DNA of 64,000 nucleotides, from IMG/VR virus record IMGVR_UViG_3300002835_000025; one strand, given 5' to 3'. Within the stretch, counting starts at the first letter, position 1; each line of letters starts with the position of its first letter. Under the pieces are notes generated by a model. It worked only from the letters and a program-made list of their open reading frames with translations. It was not told where the DNA came from and ran no database searches. Below, one piece after another: positions 36,063-46,786 of the stretch. The DNA comes from a virus. Position numbers and translations under genes: made by a program.

Positions 36063-36520
36063 TGGCTAATACCCAAGCAATGGCAACAACTTTCAAACAA
36101 GATATTCTTAATGGCTTACACGCATTTGGTCCATCAGTGGTTCGTGCTACTACTACTGCAGATACATTTAAAGCGGCACTTTACCTAGCATCTGCTTCAC
36201 TTGGTGCTACAACTACTGCTTATACTTCTACTGGTGAAGTTACTGGTACAGGTTATACAGCCGGTGGTGTTACTGTAGCTACTGCAACTGCACCAAGCAA
36301 TGCTGGTACTACTGCTTTCTTCACACCTTCAGCTTCAATCGTATTCTCTGGTGTAACTTTATCAACATCATTTGATGCTGTGTTAATTTATAACAACACT
36401 GCTGCTGGTAAAAATGCTGTATCGGTTCACACATTTGGTGCTCAAACAGTAACCGCTGGAACATTTACTTTAACTATGCCTACTAACGATGCTACAAACG
36501 CTTTGATTAGAATTGCATAA
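36062..36520 (+). CDS. 152-aa beta-rich virion protein (candidate filament subunit)
   Basis: FKQDILNG.H...TFKAALY...TTAYTSTGEVTGTGYTAGG...AVLIYN...GTFTLTMP...ALIRIA. Its gct/act/ggt-rich codon usage resembles gp18 and gp23, suggesting high expression. Confidence 0.75.
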   Translation: MANTQAMATTFKQDILNGLHAFGPSVVRATTTADTFKAALYLASASLGATTTAYTSTGEVTGTGYTAGGVTVATATAPSNAGTTAFFTPSASIVFSGVTLSTSFDAVLIYNNTAAGKNAVSVHTFGAQTVTAGTFTLTMPTNDATNALIRIA

Positions 36521-36609
36521 TAAATAATAATGTCTCTTATATTATTATAGGTAATTACACCATGATATAAGATGTTAGTTAACTACTTTCAAAGGATGAA
36601 GACAAGTTA

Positions 36610-39600
36610 ATGGCTTTTATATCTGGTGCTAATTCATATTTTTTATCCGATTGGGTATCCTTAGATTATACTGTTCCTGGAGTATCACCTGCAGGAACAG
36701 TATACCTCAATTCAGTTTTTCCATCTACATCTTATACATTACTTTATAATTCTTCATCGGTATCAACAGGACTAGTTTCTAATAATACTACAGTTGATTC
36801 TTTTGGAATATCATCATCAATCCAGACAGTATCAGTATTACCAATAATATCAAGTGGTGTTATCGGTAATGCTTCTACATCTTTAAATTCTAGTCTTACA
36901 AATTCTAGTATTGGATTCTTATCAGGTAATACAGGTTCTACTTCCATAAGTAACGAACCAACTAATACTACAATATTACTACAAACTAATGCAAGTTACC
37001 TATCAGTAGGAATTCCTTATCCTGTTGTTTCTGGTCCAATAACTAATAATATTACTAACACATCAACTGGCGTGATTGGTAAAAATGTTACCGTTGGTTT
37101 ATCAGGAACATTAAGTACTGGTGCAGTATCATCTCCTATTGCTAATACTAATATCACTCCTAATAATGTCATTTCTAATGGACAAACAGGAACATTGATT
37201 GGTTCCAATTCTACATCTGTTACTGGTAATTCTGTAGCATTTACAATCAATGATATTAGCAATTTTGTATCAGGTTCATACAATAACCCAGCATACTTCT
37301 TGTCAGATTGGGTAAGTATTGATTACACCGTTTATTCTAATCTGGTTGTTGGTGTTACTAGAATTGGTTTTGTTTCTAATGGATACGAAGTTTCTATAAC
37401 AGGAAATGCTGCTTCTACTTCTGTTGGAATTGAACCTAATAATCTAATGGTTCAGGTACCTAGCATAATCAATCAGACTCAGATTGGTTCTGTAACAAAT
37501 TCAAGTACGAATTCCATTAGCGGTAATTCAACATCATCTAGTATAGGATCTGTAGTCCAATCGACTTCATTGTCTGTTGTTGGTAATCTTGCTACTGGTT
37601 CTATAGGAAACGAACCAACTTATACGACAACTTCAGTAACTGGAAATGGTGCATCAACTAGCATAAATTCAGTAATAGCATCAAGCACAAATTATATTAC
37701 TGGAAATCTTGCTACAACTTCTGTTGGTAATGAACCTACCTATACAAATACATCACTTACCGGAACATCAAGTTCAGTAATACTAAATCCATTAAGCTAT
37801 TCTTATACTACTTCTATAACAGGAAATCAAAGTAATACTTCAGTCGATTCTGTTATCAAAGCAGTTGTTGCTAGCATTACTGGTAATAGCACTTCTATTA
37901 CTGTAAATAGAATCTCAACATCAGTAACCGGAACGTACAACAATCCTGCTTATTATCTTTCTGATTGGATTGAATTAGATTATACCGTTTATTCTAATCT
38001 AATTGTTGGTATAACCAGAACAGGATCGTTATCCAAAGAATACGAAGTTTCTATAACAGGAAACATTGCTACTGCTTCTATAGGAACTGAACCCAATAAT
38101 ACTACTGTACAACTATCAGGTTCAATTGCATATACTGATACTGGTTCATTATATCCAGAAAACTATAATTCTAATACAGGTATTCTGAATTCGGTATCGA
38201 TAAGTTCATTAGCAAAAATCAATACCAATTCTATTATTGGCAATTTTGCTAATACATCTATAGGAACTGAACCTAACAATACTACAGTATCAATCTCGAA
38301 TAATTCAATCTATTCTAGTATTGGTTCTACAAGTATTTCTAGTACAAAATCTGTGTCAGGCAATACTGCAGTCATTTCTATTAGTAATGAACCAACTAAT
38401 ACAGTAGTTCAATTAACAAACAACATCGGTTCTGTTGGTATTGGTTCGATAGTAACTTCTAACACATTAACATCTAGTGGATTACTTGGTTCGACTAATA
38501 CTAATTCTGTAATAGCAATAGCATCAAATTCTATATCTGGTAATGAATTATCAACTGATATAGGATCTGTTGTTCAATCCTTTAGTAATCTGTCTGGAGG
38601 AATCAGTCAGTCATATTATCTTTCTGATTGGGTTGAATTAGATTATACCGTTTACTCACATCTTATTCTTGGTATCGGTAAACTAGGAAGACCTGATAAT
38701 TCTCATATAGTAGAATTGACTGGAACTTCAGCTACTGCTTATATTGGAATTGAATCTGATAGTGTAACTTACGTTATAACAGGCAATACTGCCAACACTA
38801 ACATCAATTCAGTAACTGGAATTGTATCGGTCAATGCTTATTTGACTGGTAATAGTAGTTCTTCAAGTGTTGGTCAATTAACGATTACTAATACTAATCC
38901 AGTTACTGGTAACGTAGGAACATTCCAATCCATTCCTGTTGAAAGAAAACTATCTAACGACACGACATATTATTCATCAGATTGGGTATCGTCAGATTAT
39001 ATCGAACCTGGCCATATCATTCTTGGTACTGGTCAGATTGGTTCAGTTACTGCTAATGTAATTGCTAATCCAGGTGATGTTTTCCTATATGGAACATCAG
39101 CAACTGCTAGTATAAATTCTGTAATACCATCGCAATCAATTACTGTTGTTGGTAATACTGCTGATGTCTTTATAGGTATTCAATCTGAACAGAATACACT
39201 TTCTGTAATTGGAACATCAAGTGCAACAGCAATAGGATCTGTTGTTAAATCTAGTTCTATCAATCTAGTAGGAAATATTGCTACTACTTTGATTGGTACA
39301 GAAACTTACGACATTACATTACCTATTTCTGGTAATGGTATTATAACATCAATCAACTCAGTCCAACAAGTATTGTCTGTTGATGCCGAGTCTAATATTA
39401 CATCAATTTCTACCAGTTCATTAGACAAATTTGCATTTACTAATCTTATAGGTAATGTTGGTTCTACTTCTATAGGCAATGAACCAAATTACTCTACAAC
39501 TTCGATTCAAGGTAATACTGGTTTAGTTGTAATTTCTGATGTTGCTCAATCTAATTCTATATCAATTAGTGGTAATACAATTTCTACTGCTGTAGGAACT

Positions 39601-42600
39601 GAACCAAATAGAACTACAATATTACTAACTGGATTTACTAATAGTGTTAATATTGGTATTCTAACTAATGATATTAAAGTTGCCGTATTAGGAAATGCTA
39701 CTACCGGGTTTGTATCATCTGTCACTAATGCAAAAGTATTATCGATTAGTGGTAATTTAAGTACGTCCTCTATTGGATCTGTTTCTCAAACTGGTTCTAG
39801 TGTTTCTTCTGGTGTATCAAGTTCATTCGATACAAATACAGTTCAGTATTCTACTATAACTGGATTGACTGGTAATACTGCTACCCTTTCTATTGCTAAT
39901 GAACCTACTAATGTTACTGTTTCATTATACGGAAACGGAATAACTTCAAATATTGGTTCGATTGTATCTAAATTTAACCAAACCAATATTGTTGGTAATG
40001 GATCATTAACTAGTATTGGTTCGATTACTGGTTATAGTGTCACTACTTCTATCAGAGGTAATACTGCTTCTTCTGCTGTCGGTTCACAACCTAATAACAT
40101 TGTTCTATCAATCAATAGTGTTGGTAATGACATATTCAGTAGCATTGGAAGTGTATCCAAATTCAGTGTAACTAATATAGTAGGTAATACTGCTACTACA
40201 TCAATAGGAATTGAATCTAATAATATTACTTTGAGAATTTCTGGAGTTGGAAGTACTACTTCAATCAACTCAACAGTATTCTCTAAAGTTGTTCCAATTA
40301 CTGGTTCAAGTTCATCTATTACTCTTGACCAAATTGATTATTACAATGTCAATTCCATTGTTGGTAATACTGCTACTACTGCACTTGCCAATGAATCTAC
40401 AAATTTAGTATTAGGACTATTCGGCAATGTTGGTACAATATCAACTAGTTCTTTACCTAAGTTCAGCAATACATCCATATCCAAAACTAGTGCTAATGCT
40501 TATCTAAATTCAATAGGTCATGATAATACTACTAGCATTACCGGTATTACTAGTACAACTTCTGTTGGTACTGAACCAAATAATACTACTTTATTGCTAT
40601 CAGGCAATCTGGGTAATATTACATCAGGCAATATAACACCAAATGCAATATCGACTGCTGTAGGTTCTAGTTTAACTTCTAGCATAAGCAATACTAAAGC
40701 ATTAAGTTATTCAGATACTAGTGGCAATGAACTATTAACTTTCTTAGGTAATATCCAAGAAGATGTTAAAGTTGCTATTATTGGCAATACTGGTTCTATA
40801 TCAGTTGGTTCTGAACTTAACAATACAACTAATTCAGTAACTGGAACGTCAAGTTATTCTGCTATAGGATCTGTTGCTAAATCTGTTGCTAATAATATCA
40901 CAGGATTATCAAATACCACATCTTCAGGATTAATAATCCAATCAGTTGATGTTGGTATAAGAGGTATTACTTCCGCATTTGCTATAGGAACTGAACCTAA
41001 TAATACTATCGTTTCTGTATCAGGAATATCAGCATATTCTAATCTTGGTTTTGCTACTGGTAATACAAGCACAGATTCCACTAATGCTATTGCTACTGGT
41101 TCAGTATCTACAGTAACTCAATCATCAGAATATGCATTAAATGGTTCTTCTAGTTTAATATCAGTATCAAGTACATTAGCTAATCTGATAACAGATTCAA
41201 CTGGTATTGTATCTTCTATTGATACTGGATTCGTATTACCACAAAGTTCAGGCAATATTACTGGTAATACTGGTTCTACTTCTGTAGGAACTGAACCTAC
41301 TAATACAATAATATCAATATCGAATGCATCTGCTCAAGGTGTTGTTGGATATTCAGTACCAACAAAAGTAGTCAATTTAAGCAATACCCTTTCTAGTACC
41401 AGTGTTGGTAATTCTGGTGTTAATGTCATTATTGGAATATTAGGAAATTCTGCTAAAGGAACCTTATTTGGTGATTCATCTACTGTAGAAAGCAATTCAG
41501 TTACAGTTGCATCGACTGGTAATTCTAGTAGTATAGTATTGGGTAATCTAACCAAAATATCATCTACTAATATCAATGGTAATTCGACATTAGGATCTAT
41601 TGGTAATACGCAAAATGGATTAAACTATACCATATTAGGTAATACTGCTACTGGATTAGTTGGTAATGAACCAACCAATACTACTCTTGTATTATCTGGC
41701 AACAGCATTAGTATCCAACAAGGAATTATATCCAAAACAAGTATTACTAATGTTACAGGTAATACTGCTACTGGATCTGTTGGTAATGAACCTACTAATA
41801 CAGTTTTAGCAATTACTAGTAACACTTCCACAAACTATGTGGGAGACGTTAATAAATCCAGTGATGTTGGAATACTTACTAATGTATTAACTTCAGCAGT
41901 AGGAACTACTGGAAAAGATACTAGCACTTCTATAACAGGTATTACTGGTGCTACTTCTGTAGGAACTGAACCTACCAATACAATTGTAACGCTTTCTGGT
42001 AATACACTATTCAGTTCAATTGGATTGCCACAAGTTACCAATGACAATACTGTCAATACCATTAGTTCTTCTGGTATTGCAGGTAATGTATTATCAAAAT
42101 TAGAAATATCTAACATTGGCAACATTGGTTCATTTGATGTTGGTAATGCTTTAGCAATAATCAGTAAAAATGTATCTGGTAATAGTAGTACAGGAAATAC
42201 TAATACCGTTTCAGTATCAAGAACAACTGATATTTTTGGTATAACTGGTGCTACTTCATTAGCAAATGAACCAACTAATACTATTGTTTCTATAACAGGA
42301 ACTTCTAGTTCAATATCATTAAGTTCAGTTGCTCAAATTGGTTCTAGTGATATTACAGGAATTCCATTAACTGGATTATTGGATTCTAATTTAGTTAAAT
42401 TTAGTGTTACTAATATCCAAGGCAATACTGGTTCAACTGCTATAAGCAAAGATCCTAGCAACACATTTGTTTCTATATTTGGTAATGCTGCTTCTAGTTC
42501 TATTGATAACGTAACAACATCAAATACCATTCTTGCTATCAGTAACGTAGCAACAGCATCGATTGGAATAAGACCTTCAAATACCACTATAGGAATTTCA

Positions 42601-45600
42601 GGTAACTCTGGTTCTTCTATAGCAAACAATCTGAATCAGATTGGGTCAAATGGTGCTAATGGATTTATAGGAACTACTGGATTATCTAGTGTTGTTCAAT
42701 CTAGTTCTATAATCTTATCAGGTATAACTGGTGCTACTTCATTAGCAAACGAACCAACTAATACTATTGTTTCTATAACAGGAACTTCTGGTTATGCTAT
42801 TGCTAACAATGTAATATTCACATTGTCTTATCCAGCTAATAGCAATGTAGGAACATTACAACAAGGAACATTACTAAATTCTAATAGCATTACTGCAAGA
42901 ACAATTACCGGTTATGGTGTTCTAGCAAATGCAAATCCAGTAGTATCAAGTCTACTTAATAGCGTTACTGGTACAACTTCATTAGCAAATCAACCAACAA
43001 ATAAAGTAATTCAATTAGCAGGTATATCGAGTACTGCATCTACCAAACCATTGAATCAAGTTGGTTCTGCTTTAGGTCAAAGCAATACCGGTATAACTTC
43101 AGTAAACGATTTATACCAAGTAGGTTCCGTTGAATTAAGAGGAAATACTGGTTCTATTGTAATTGGAACCGAACCTAATAATACTATCATATTATTGTCA
43201 GGATTGTCAAGTAATATACTAACTAGTAATCTGAAACAAGTTGGTTCTGCTCTTGGCGTTTCTGCTTCAGGCACAATACAAACTAGCAATCTAAATCAAA
43301 TTGGTTCTGCTAATGGTATCGGTAACCTTGCCACAACTCAAACTAGCAATCTGAAACAAGTTGGTTCTGCTAATGGTATTGGCAATACTGCTACTATAAC
43401 TATAGGAACAGATCCTGCTAATACAATAGTATTATTATCATCAGTAACTTCTTCTGTTATACCAAATAGTGTTGACCAGTCAACCTCCATCGTTCCTTCT
43501 AATAATTCTAGTATAGTTTCGATTGGTCAAGTTCAATCTAATATAATAGCAGATTCTACTGGTAATTCAGCATCAGGTTATACGGATTCAACCGATATTA
43601 TCAGTTCAGTAGTTCCTAATGGTATCATTGCTAACATAACTTCAGGATATACTTTATCCAGTATTAGTAAAGATGTTCAAGGTACACAAAGTACTTTTGA
43701 TATTGGTCAATTTGGAAAATCTGTTTCGTGTACAGTTTCATCTGTAATTGGTTCATTGTCGTTAGGAACTGAACCTACAAACTCTGCTATATCATTAACT
43801 GGTATTACATCTAATACAGAAACAGGATTAGTATCCAGATTTAGTTATAATGAACTTTCAAGCGTTACTGGTTCTATTGAATTAGGAAGTGTATCTGAAA
43901 TTGGTTCATCTATTGCTTCAAGCAATACATCAGTTGGTTCAGTTGGATTTGTATCTAAATCATCAACTGTTGCTCTTAATGGTGCATCGACTACAATATA
44001 CATTGGAGCTAATAATGATACTCCAAGTTCTAACAATGCTACCGTTGCTGCTACTGGTATTGCATCTACTGGTATAACCGGATTTGTATCTAAATCAAAT
44101 GTTACTGGCATTGTAGGTAACACATCTACATTTGCTATAGGAAATGATCCACTCAATATAACATTACCTTTATCTGGCACATCTGGTTCAGTAAGTCCAA
44201 ATACAGTTTCAAAATCTAGTAATATTACTGTTACTGGTAATACTATAACATCTTCTATAGGCAGAGATTCGACCAATTCAACTGTATTGCTTGGAGGAGT
44301 ATCCAATACAGTTTCTATCGGTAATGTACTAGGAATAATAAGTGCTGACGTATTCAACAACTATTCAATTGGTTATATTGGAAACGTAGGTAAGTATTCT
44401 GATGTAGGAGTTACTGGTAATACTTCAGCATTTGTTATAGGAACTGAACCTAATAATACTATAGTAGCACTGAATGGAATTCTAAGTTATGGATATGTTG
44501 GTGATATAGACAAAACATCATCTGTACCAAATTATGGAAATTCAAGTTATACAGTAACTGGAAACTTATCCAAAACAAGTACTACGTCAGTATCAAACAA
44601 TCTAGTTAGTACTAATGTTGGTAATACTGATATTCAAAGCAATGCTTTTGTTAGTGGTATCATTGCTACAATATCTTCTGGTGTAGATGAGAATAATGTT
44701 CAAATAGCAATATCTGGCAATAGCATATCTGGTCTGATAAAAGCATTACCACCAATAGTATCATCAACTCCAGCTAGCAATACAATATCAACTAATGTTG
44801 GTAATGTACTAATAGACAAACCAGTATCAATAAGCAATAATATATCTACTGCTGTTGCTGGAACATTGTCAAGTAATGTACTGTCGTCCATTCAAGGTAA
44901 TACAGGTTCAACATCAGTTGGTTCAGAACCTACTAATACCACATTAACACTTTCTGGTATAGCAACATCAGTTTCAGCCAAACAATTAAACATTGTTAGT
45001 TCTTATAATGCCAATGGAAATGCAATTGTAGCAAATGCAGGAACTATATCTAAATCAATTTCTGTTGATGTTTATGGAATAGATGCGAATATATCAATTG
45101 GTATTGAGCCAAATAATATATCAGTAGTTCTTCAAGGTACTACAGGAACAGTAAGCACTCCAATTCTAAATCAAATTGGAAGTGGTGATGGGATTGGTAA
45201 TCAAATTGTTGCTATTCCTGGAACAGTACAACCTGTCGTTTCTAGTGCAATTCTTGGTATAACATCAACCATTAGATTAGGAAATGAATCTGCTGTTGAT
45301 TTATTATTACTTAATGGCAATGTTGCTTTAGGTATTACTGGTAAAGTTATTCCAATAACAACAGCAAGATCTCTTGGAATACAATCAACAGTAACTATCG
45401 GTGAATCGATACCAGTAGTATCAGGAGTGTTGTTAGGCAATTCAGCAACTATCCAAACAGGAATATCAATACCAGATGCTGACAGATATGCATTCAGTAC
45501 AGGTGTAGATTCCTCTACTGAAGTTGGGGATGTAGGCACTTCATTATTCTTAGAATTATCGTCAGTAACTGGTAATACTAACATTGCTGATGCTTCTTTA

Positions 45601-46233
45601 ACAAGATTCCCAACAGGAATAACTGTTACTGGTTCAATAGGTAATACACAAACTAATATACTGAGTTTACTGAACAGCAATGAAGTAACTGTCGATACAA
45701 CTACACTAGAATTTACTAAAACTGGTCAAGTAGCACTGTCAGGTAACACTGCAGCAATTGCTATAGGAACTGAATTATCAGTATCATACCAGTCTATATC
45801 AGGTGTGGATACCGGAAGCAGTATCGGTTCTGTTACCAACAGTCAAATTGCTAATCCTATTGCCACAGAATCTGTTGCTGATATAAATAGTGTTATAAAC
45901 GAAACTGTTGTTAGTATATCAGGCAACACTAATATCTCGTTAGTATCAGGATTCAGTCCTAAATCTGAAATTGCACCAAAAAGTGCTGTAGCAACTAGTA
46001 ATATAAATACTATAAACGGTGCTAGTTCTAAAATACTATCAGGAGTATTAAGTAATTATAGATTAGGCGAATTTATAATTCTATATCCTCCAACAAGAAT
46101 TGTTGATGTTGGTAATATGACATTTACTATGGTTTCACCTTCTAATATAGAATTTACTCAAGTTATGGTAACAAAACCAATGGTATTTGCTGAAATAGTA
46201 AAAATGAATGTTCCTATAAAAGTTACTAATTAA
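36610..46233 (+). CDS. giant 3207-aa S/T/G/N/I/V-rich protein built from ~20-aa repeats (candidate filament ruler/scaffold)
   Basis: Open 9.6-kb frame; units such as ISGNSTSSSIGSVVQSTSLS and VVGNLATGSIGNEPTYTTTS; recurring GxEPxN; five YxxSDWxxxDY motifs. Confidence 0.85.
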   Translation: MAFISGANSYFLSDWVSLDYTVPGVSPAGTVYLNSVFPSTSYTLLYNSSSVSTGLVSNNTTVDSFGISSSIQTVSVLPIISSGVIGNASTSLNSSLTNSSIGFLSGNTGSTSISNEPTNTTILLQTNASYLSVGIPYPVVSGPITNNITNTSTGVIGKNVTVGLSGTLSTGAVSSPIANTNITPNNVISNGQTGTLIGSNSTSVTGNSVAFTINDISNFVSGSYNNPAYFLSDWVSIDYTVYSNLVVGVTRIGFVSNGYEVSITGNAASTSVGIEPNNLMVQVPSIINQTQIGSVTNSSTNSISGNSTSSSIGSVVQSTSLSVVGNLATGSIGNEPTYTTTSVTGNGASTSINSVIASSTNYITGNLATTSVGNEPTYTNTSLTGTSSSVILNPLSYSYTTSITGNQSNTSVDSVIKAVVASITGNSTSITVNRISTSVTGTYNNPAYYLSDWIELDYTVYSNLIVGITRTGSLSKEYEVSITGNIATASIGTEPNNTTVQLSGSIAYTDTGSLYPENYNSNTGILNSVSISSLAKINTNSIIGNFANTSIGTEPNNTTVSISNNSIYSSIGSTSISSTKSVSGNTAVISISNEPTNTVVQLTNNIGSVGIGSIVTSNTLTSSGLLGSTNTNSVIAIASNSISGNELSTDIGSVVQSFSNLSGGISQSYYLSDWVELDYTVYSHLILGIGKLGRPDNSHIVELTGTSATAYIGIESDSVTYVITGNTANTNINSVTGIVSVNAYLTGNSSSSSVGQLTITNTNPVTGNVGTFQSIPVERKLSNDTTYYSSDWVSSDYIEPGHIILGTGQIGSVTANVIANPGDVFLYGTSATASINSVIPSQSITVVGNTADVFIGIQSEQNTLSVIGTSSATAIGSVVKSSSINLVGNIATTLIGTETYDITLPISGNGIITSINSVQQVLSVDAESNITSISTSSLDKFAFTNLIGNVGSTSIGNEPNYSTTSIQGNTGLVVISDVAQSNSISISGNTISTAVGTEPNRTTILLTGFTNSVNIGILTNDIKVAVLGNATTGFVSSVTNAKVLSISGNLSTSSIGSVSQTGSSVSSGVSSSFDTNTVQYSTITGLTGNTATLSIANEPTNVTVSLYGNGITSNIGSIVSKFNQTNIVGNGSLTSIGSITGYSVTTSIRGNTASSAVGSQPNNIVLSINSVGNDIFSSIGSVSKFSVTNIVGNTATTSIGIESNNITLRISGVGSTTSINSTVFSKVVPITGSSSSITLDQIDYYNVNSIVGNTATTALANESTNLVLGLFGNVGTISTSSLPKFSNTSISKTSANAYLNSIGHDNTTSITGITSTTSVGTEPNNTTLLLSGNLGNITSGNITPNAISTAVGSSLTSSISNTKALSYSDTSGNELLTFLGNIQEDVKVAIIGNTGSISVGSELNNTTNSVTGTSSYSAIGSVAKSVANNITGLSNTTSSGLIIQSVDVGIRGITSAFAIGTEPNNTIVSVSGISAYSNLGFATGNTSTDSTNAIATGSVSTVTQSSEYALNGSSSLISVSSTLANLITDSTGIVSSIDTGFVLPQSSGNITGNTGSTSVGTEPTNTIISISNASAQGVVGYSVPTKVVNLSNTLSSTSVGNSGVNVIIGILGNSAKGTLFGDSSTVESNSVTVASTGNSSSIVLGNLTKISSTNINGNSTLGSIGNTQNGLNYTILGNTATGLVGNEPTNTTLVLSGNSISIQQGIISKTSITNVTGNTATGSVGNEPTNTVLAITSNTSTNYVGDVNKSSDVGILTNVLTSAVGTTGKDTSTSITGITGATSVGTEPTNTIVTLSGNTLFSSIGLPQVTNDNTVNTISSSGIAGNVLSKLEISNIGNIGSFDVGNALAIISKNVSGNSSTGNTNTVSVSRTTDIFGITGATSLANEPTNTIVSITGTSSSISLSSVAQIGSSDITGIPLTGLLDSNLVKFSVTNIQGNTGSTAISKDPSNTFVSIFGNAASSSIDNVTTSNTILAISNVATASIGIRPSNTTIGISGNSGSSIANNLNQIGSNGANGFIGTTGLSSVVQSSSIILSGITGATSLANEPTNTIVSITGTSGYAIANNVIFTLSYPANSNVGTLQQGTLLNSNSITARTITGYGVLANANPVVSSLLNSVTGTTSLANQPTNKVIQLAGISSTASTKPLNQVGSALGQSNTGITSVNDLYQVGSVELRGNTGSIVIGTEPNNTIILLSGLSSNILTSNLKQVGSALGVSASGTIQTSNLNQIGSANGIGNLATTQTSNLKQVGSANGIGNTATITIGTDPANTIVLLSSVTSSVIPNSVDQSTSIVPSNNSSIVSIGQVQSNIIADSTGNSASGYTDSTDIISSVVPNGIIANITSGYTLSSISKDVQGTQSTFDIGQFGKSVSCTVSSVIGSLSLGTEPTNSAISLTGITSNTETGLVSRFSYNELSSVTGSIELGSVSEIGSSIASSNTSVGSVGFVSKSSTVALNGASTTIYIGANNDTPSSNNATVAATGIASTGITGFVSKSNVTGIVGNTSTFAIGNDPLNITLPLSGTSGSVSPNTVSKSSNITVTGNTITSSIGRDSTNSTVLLGGVSNTVSIGNVLGIISADVFNNYSIGYIGNVGKYSDVGVTGNTSAFVIGTEPNNTIVALNGILSYGYVGDIDKTSSVPNYGNSSYTVTGNLSKTSTTSVSNNLVSTNVGNTDIQSNAFVSGIIATISSGVDENNVQIAISGNSISGLIKALPPIVSSTPASNTISTNVGNVLIDKPVSISNNISTAVAGTLSSNVLSSIQGNTGSTSVGSEPTNTTLTLSGIATSVSAKQLNIVSSYNANGNAIVANAGTISKSISVDVYGIDANISIGIEPNNISVVLQGTTGTVSTPILNQIGSGDGIGNQIVAIPGTVQPVVSSAILGITSTIRLGNESAVDLLLLNGNVALGITGKVIPITTARSLGIQSTVTIGESIPVVSGVLLGNSATIQTGISIPDADRYAFSTGVDSSTEVGDVGTSLFLELSSVTGNTNIADASLTRFPTGITVTGSIGNTQTNILSLLNSNEVTVDTTTLEFTKTGQVALSGNTAAIAIGTELSVSYQSISGVDTGSSIGSVTNSQIANPIATESVADINSVINETVVSISGNTNISLVSGFSPKSEIAPKSAVATSNINTINGASSKILSGVLSNYRLGEFIILYPPTRIVDVGNMTFTMVSPSNIEFTQVMVTKPMVFAEIVKMNVPIKVTN

Positions 46234-46236
46234 AAT

Positions 46237-46479
46237 ATGATATACTATAACACGAATGATGATGCTATAAATTTGGTTGGATTTACAGTAGTACATAATT
46301 TACCTGATGCTAAATTTATTACTCAAAAGAATGAGATTGGTAAATTCAATGCATTATTTGAAGTAAAATCTGATGTGATGTTTAGTAAACTTTCTAATCA
46401 AGAAATTGGATTCACAACTAATCATTTAGTAACAGATTCATTCGTTAACATATACAAAACAAAGGGAGAACTTTTATGA
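46237..46479 (+). CDS. hypothetical protein
   Basis: 80-aa ORF tightly packed between its neighbours. Confidence 0.5.
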   Translation: MIYYNTNDDAINLVGFTVVHNLPDAKFITQKNEIGKFNALFEVKSDVMFSKLSNQEIGFTTNHLVTDSFVNIYKTKGELL

Positions 46480-46784
46480 CAGATTTTGTTCAAGGAGATA
46501 CTGGAAGTTCTATTCAGTTTACTTGTATAGATTCTAACACTTACGATCCAATGAATCTTGCCATATACACTGCTACTATAAATTGGAGAAATGCATCCAA
46601 TGTCCTAATTACTAGAAGTATGCAAAAACACGATTCCGCTAATGGTATTTTGAGATACACTTTTGGTACTGGAGAACTTGTAGCAGGAACGATGAAGTTT
46701 GATATTATTCTAACCAATATTAATACGAATCAGTATATCACATCCAGAGATGTTATTAGCATCGATGTAAGACAGAGACTATAA
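46476..46784 (+). CDS. BppU-N-like Ig-fold adaptor protein
   Basis: FVQGDTG..IQFT...PMNL..YTATI...DSANGILRYTF..GEL.AGT..FDIIL. Confidence 0.6.
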   Translation: MTDFVQGDTGSSIQFTCIDSNTYDPMNLAIYTATINWRNASNVLITRSMQKHDSANGILRYTFGTGELVAGTMKFDIILTNINTNQYITSRDVISIDVRQRL

Positions 46785-46786
46785 GA

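Noticed and set aside
36521-36609. Inverted repeat TCTTATAT/ATATAAGA between the 152-aa gene and the giant gene
   Set aside because: It could be an attenuator setting the subunit:ruler ratio, but it is AT-only with a long loop and no U-tract, so it is too weak to call.
36744-45680. Many 60-170 aa minus-strand ORFs inside the giant gene (also opposite gp7, gp8, gp18 and others)
   Set aside because: These are shadow ORFs arising from the codon bias of S/T/G/V-rich sense genes; they have no RBS and no recognisable motifs.
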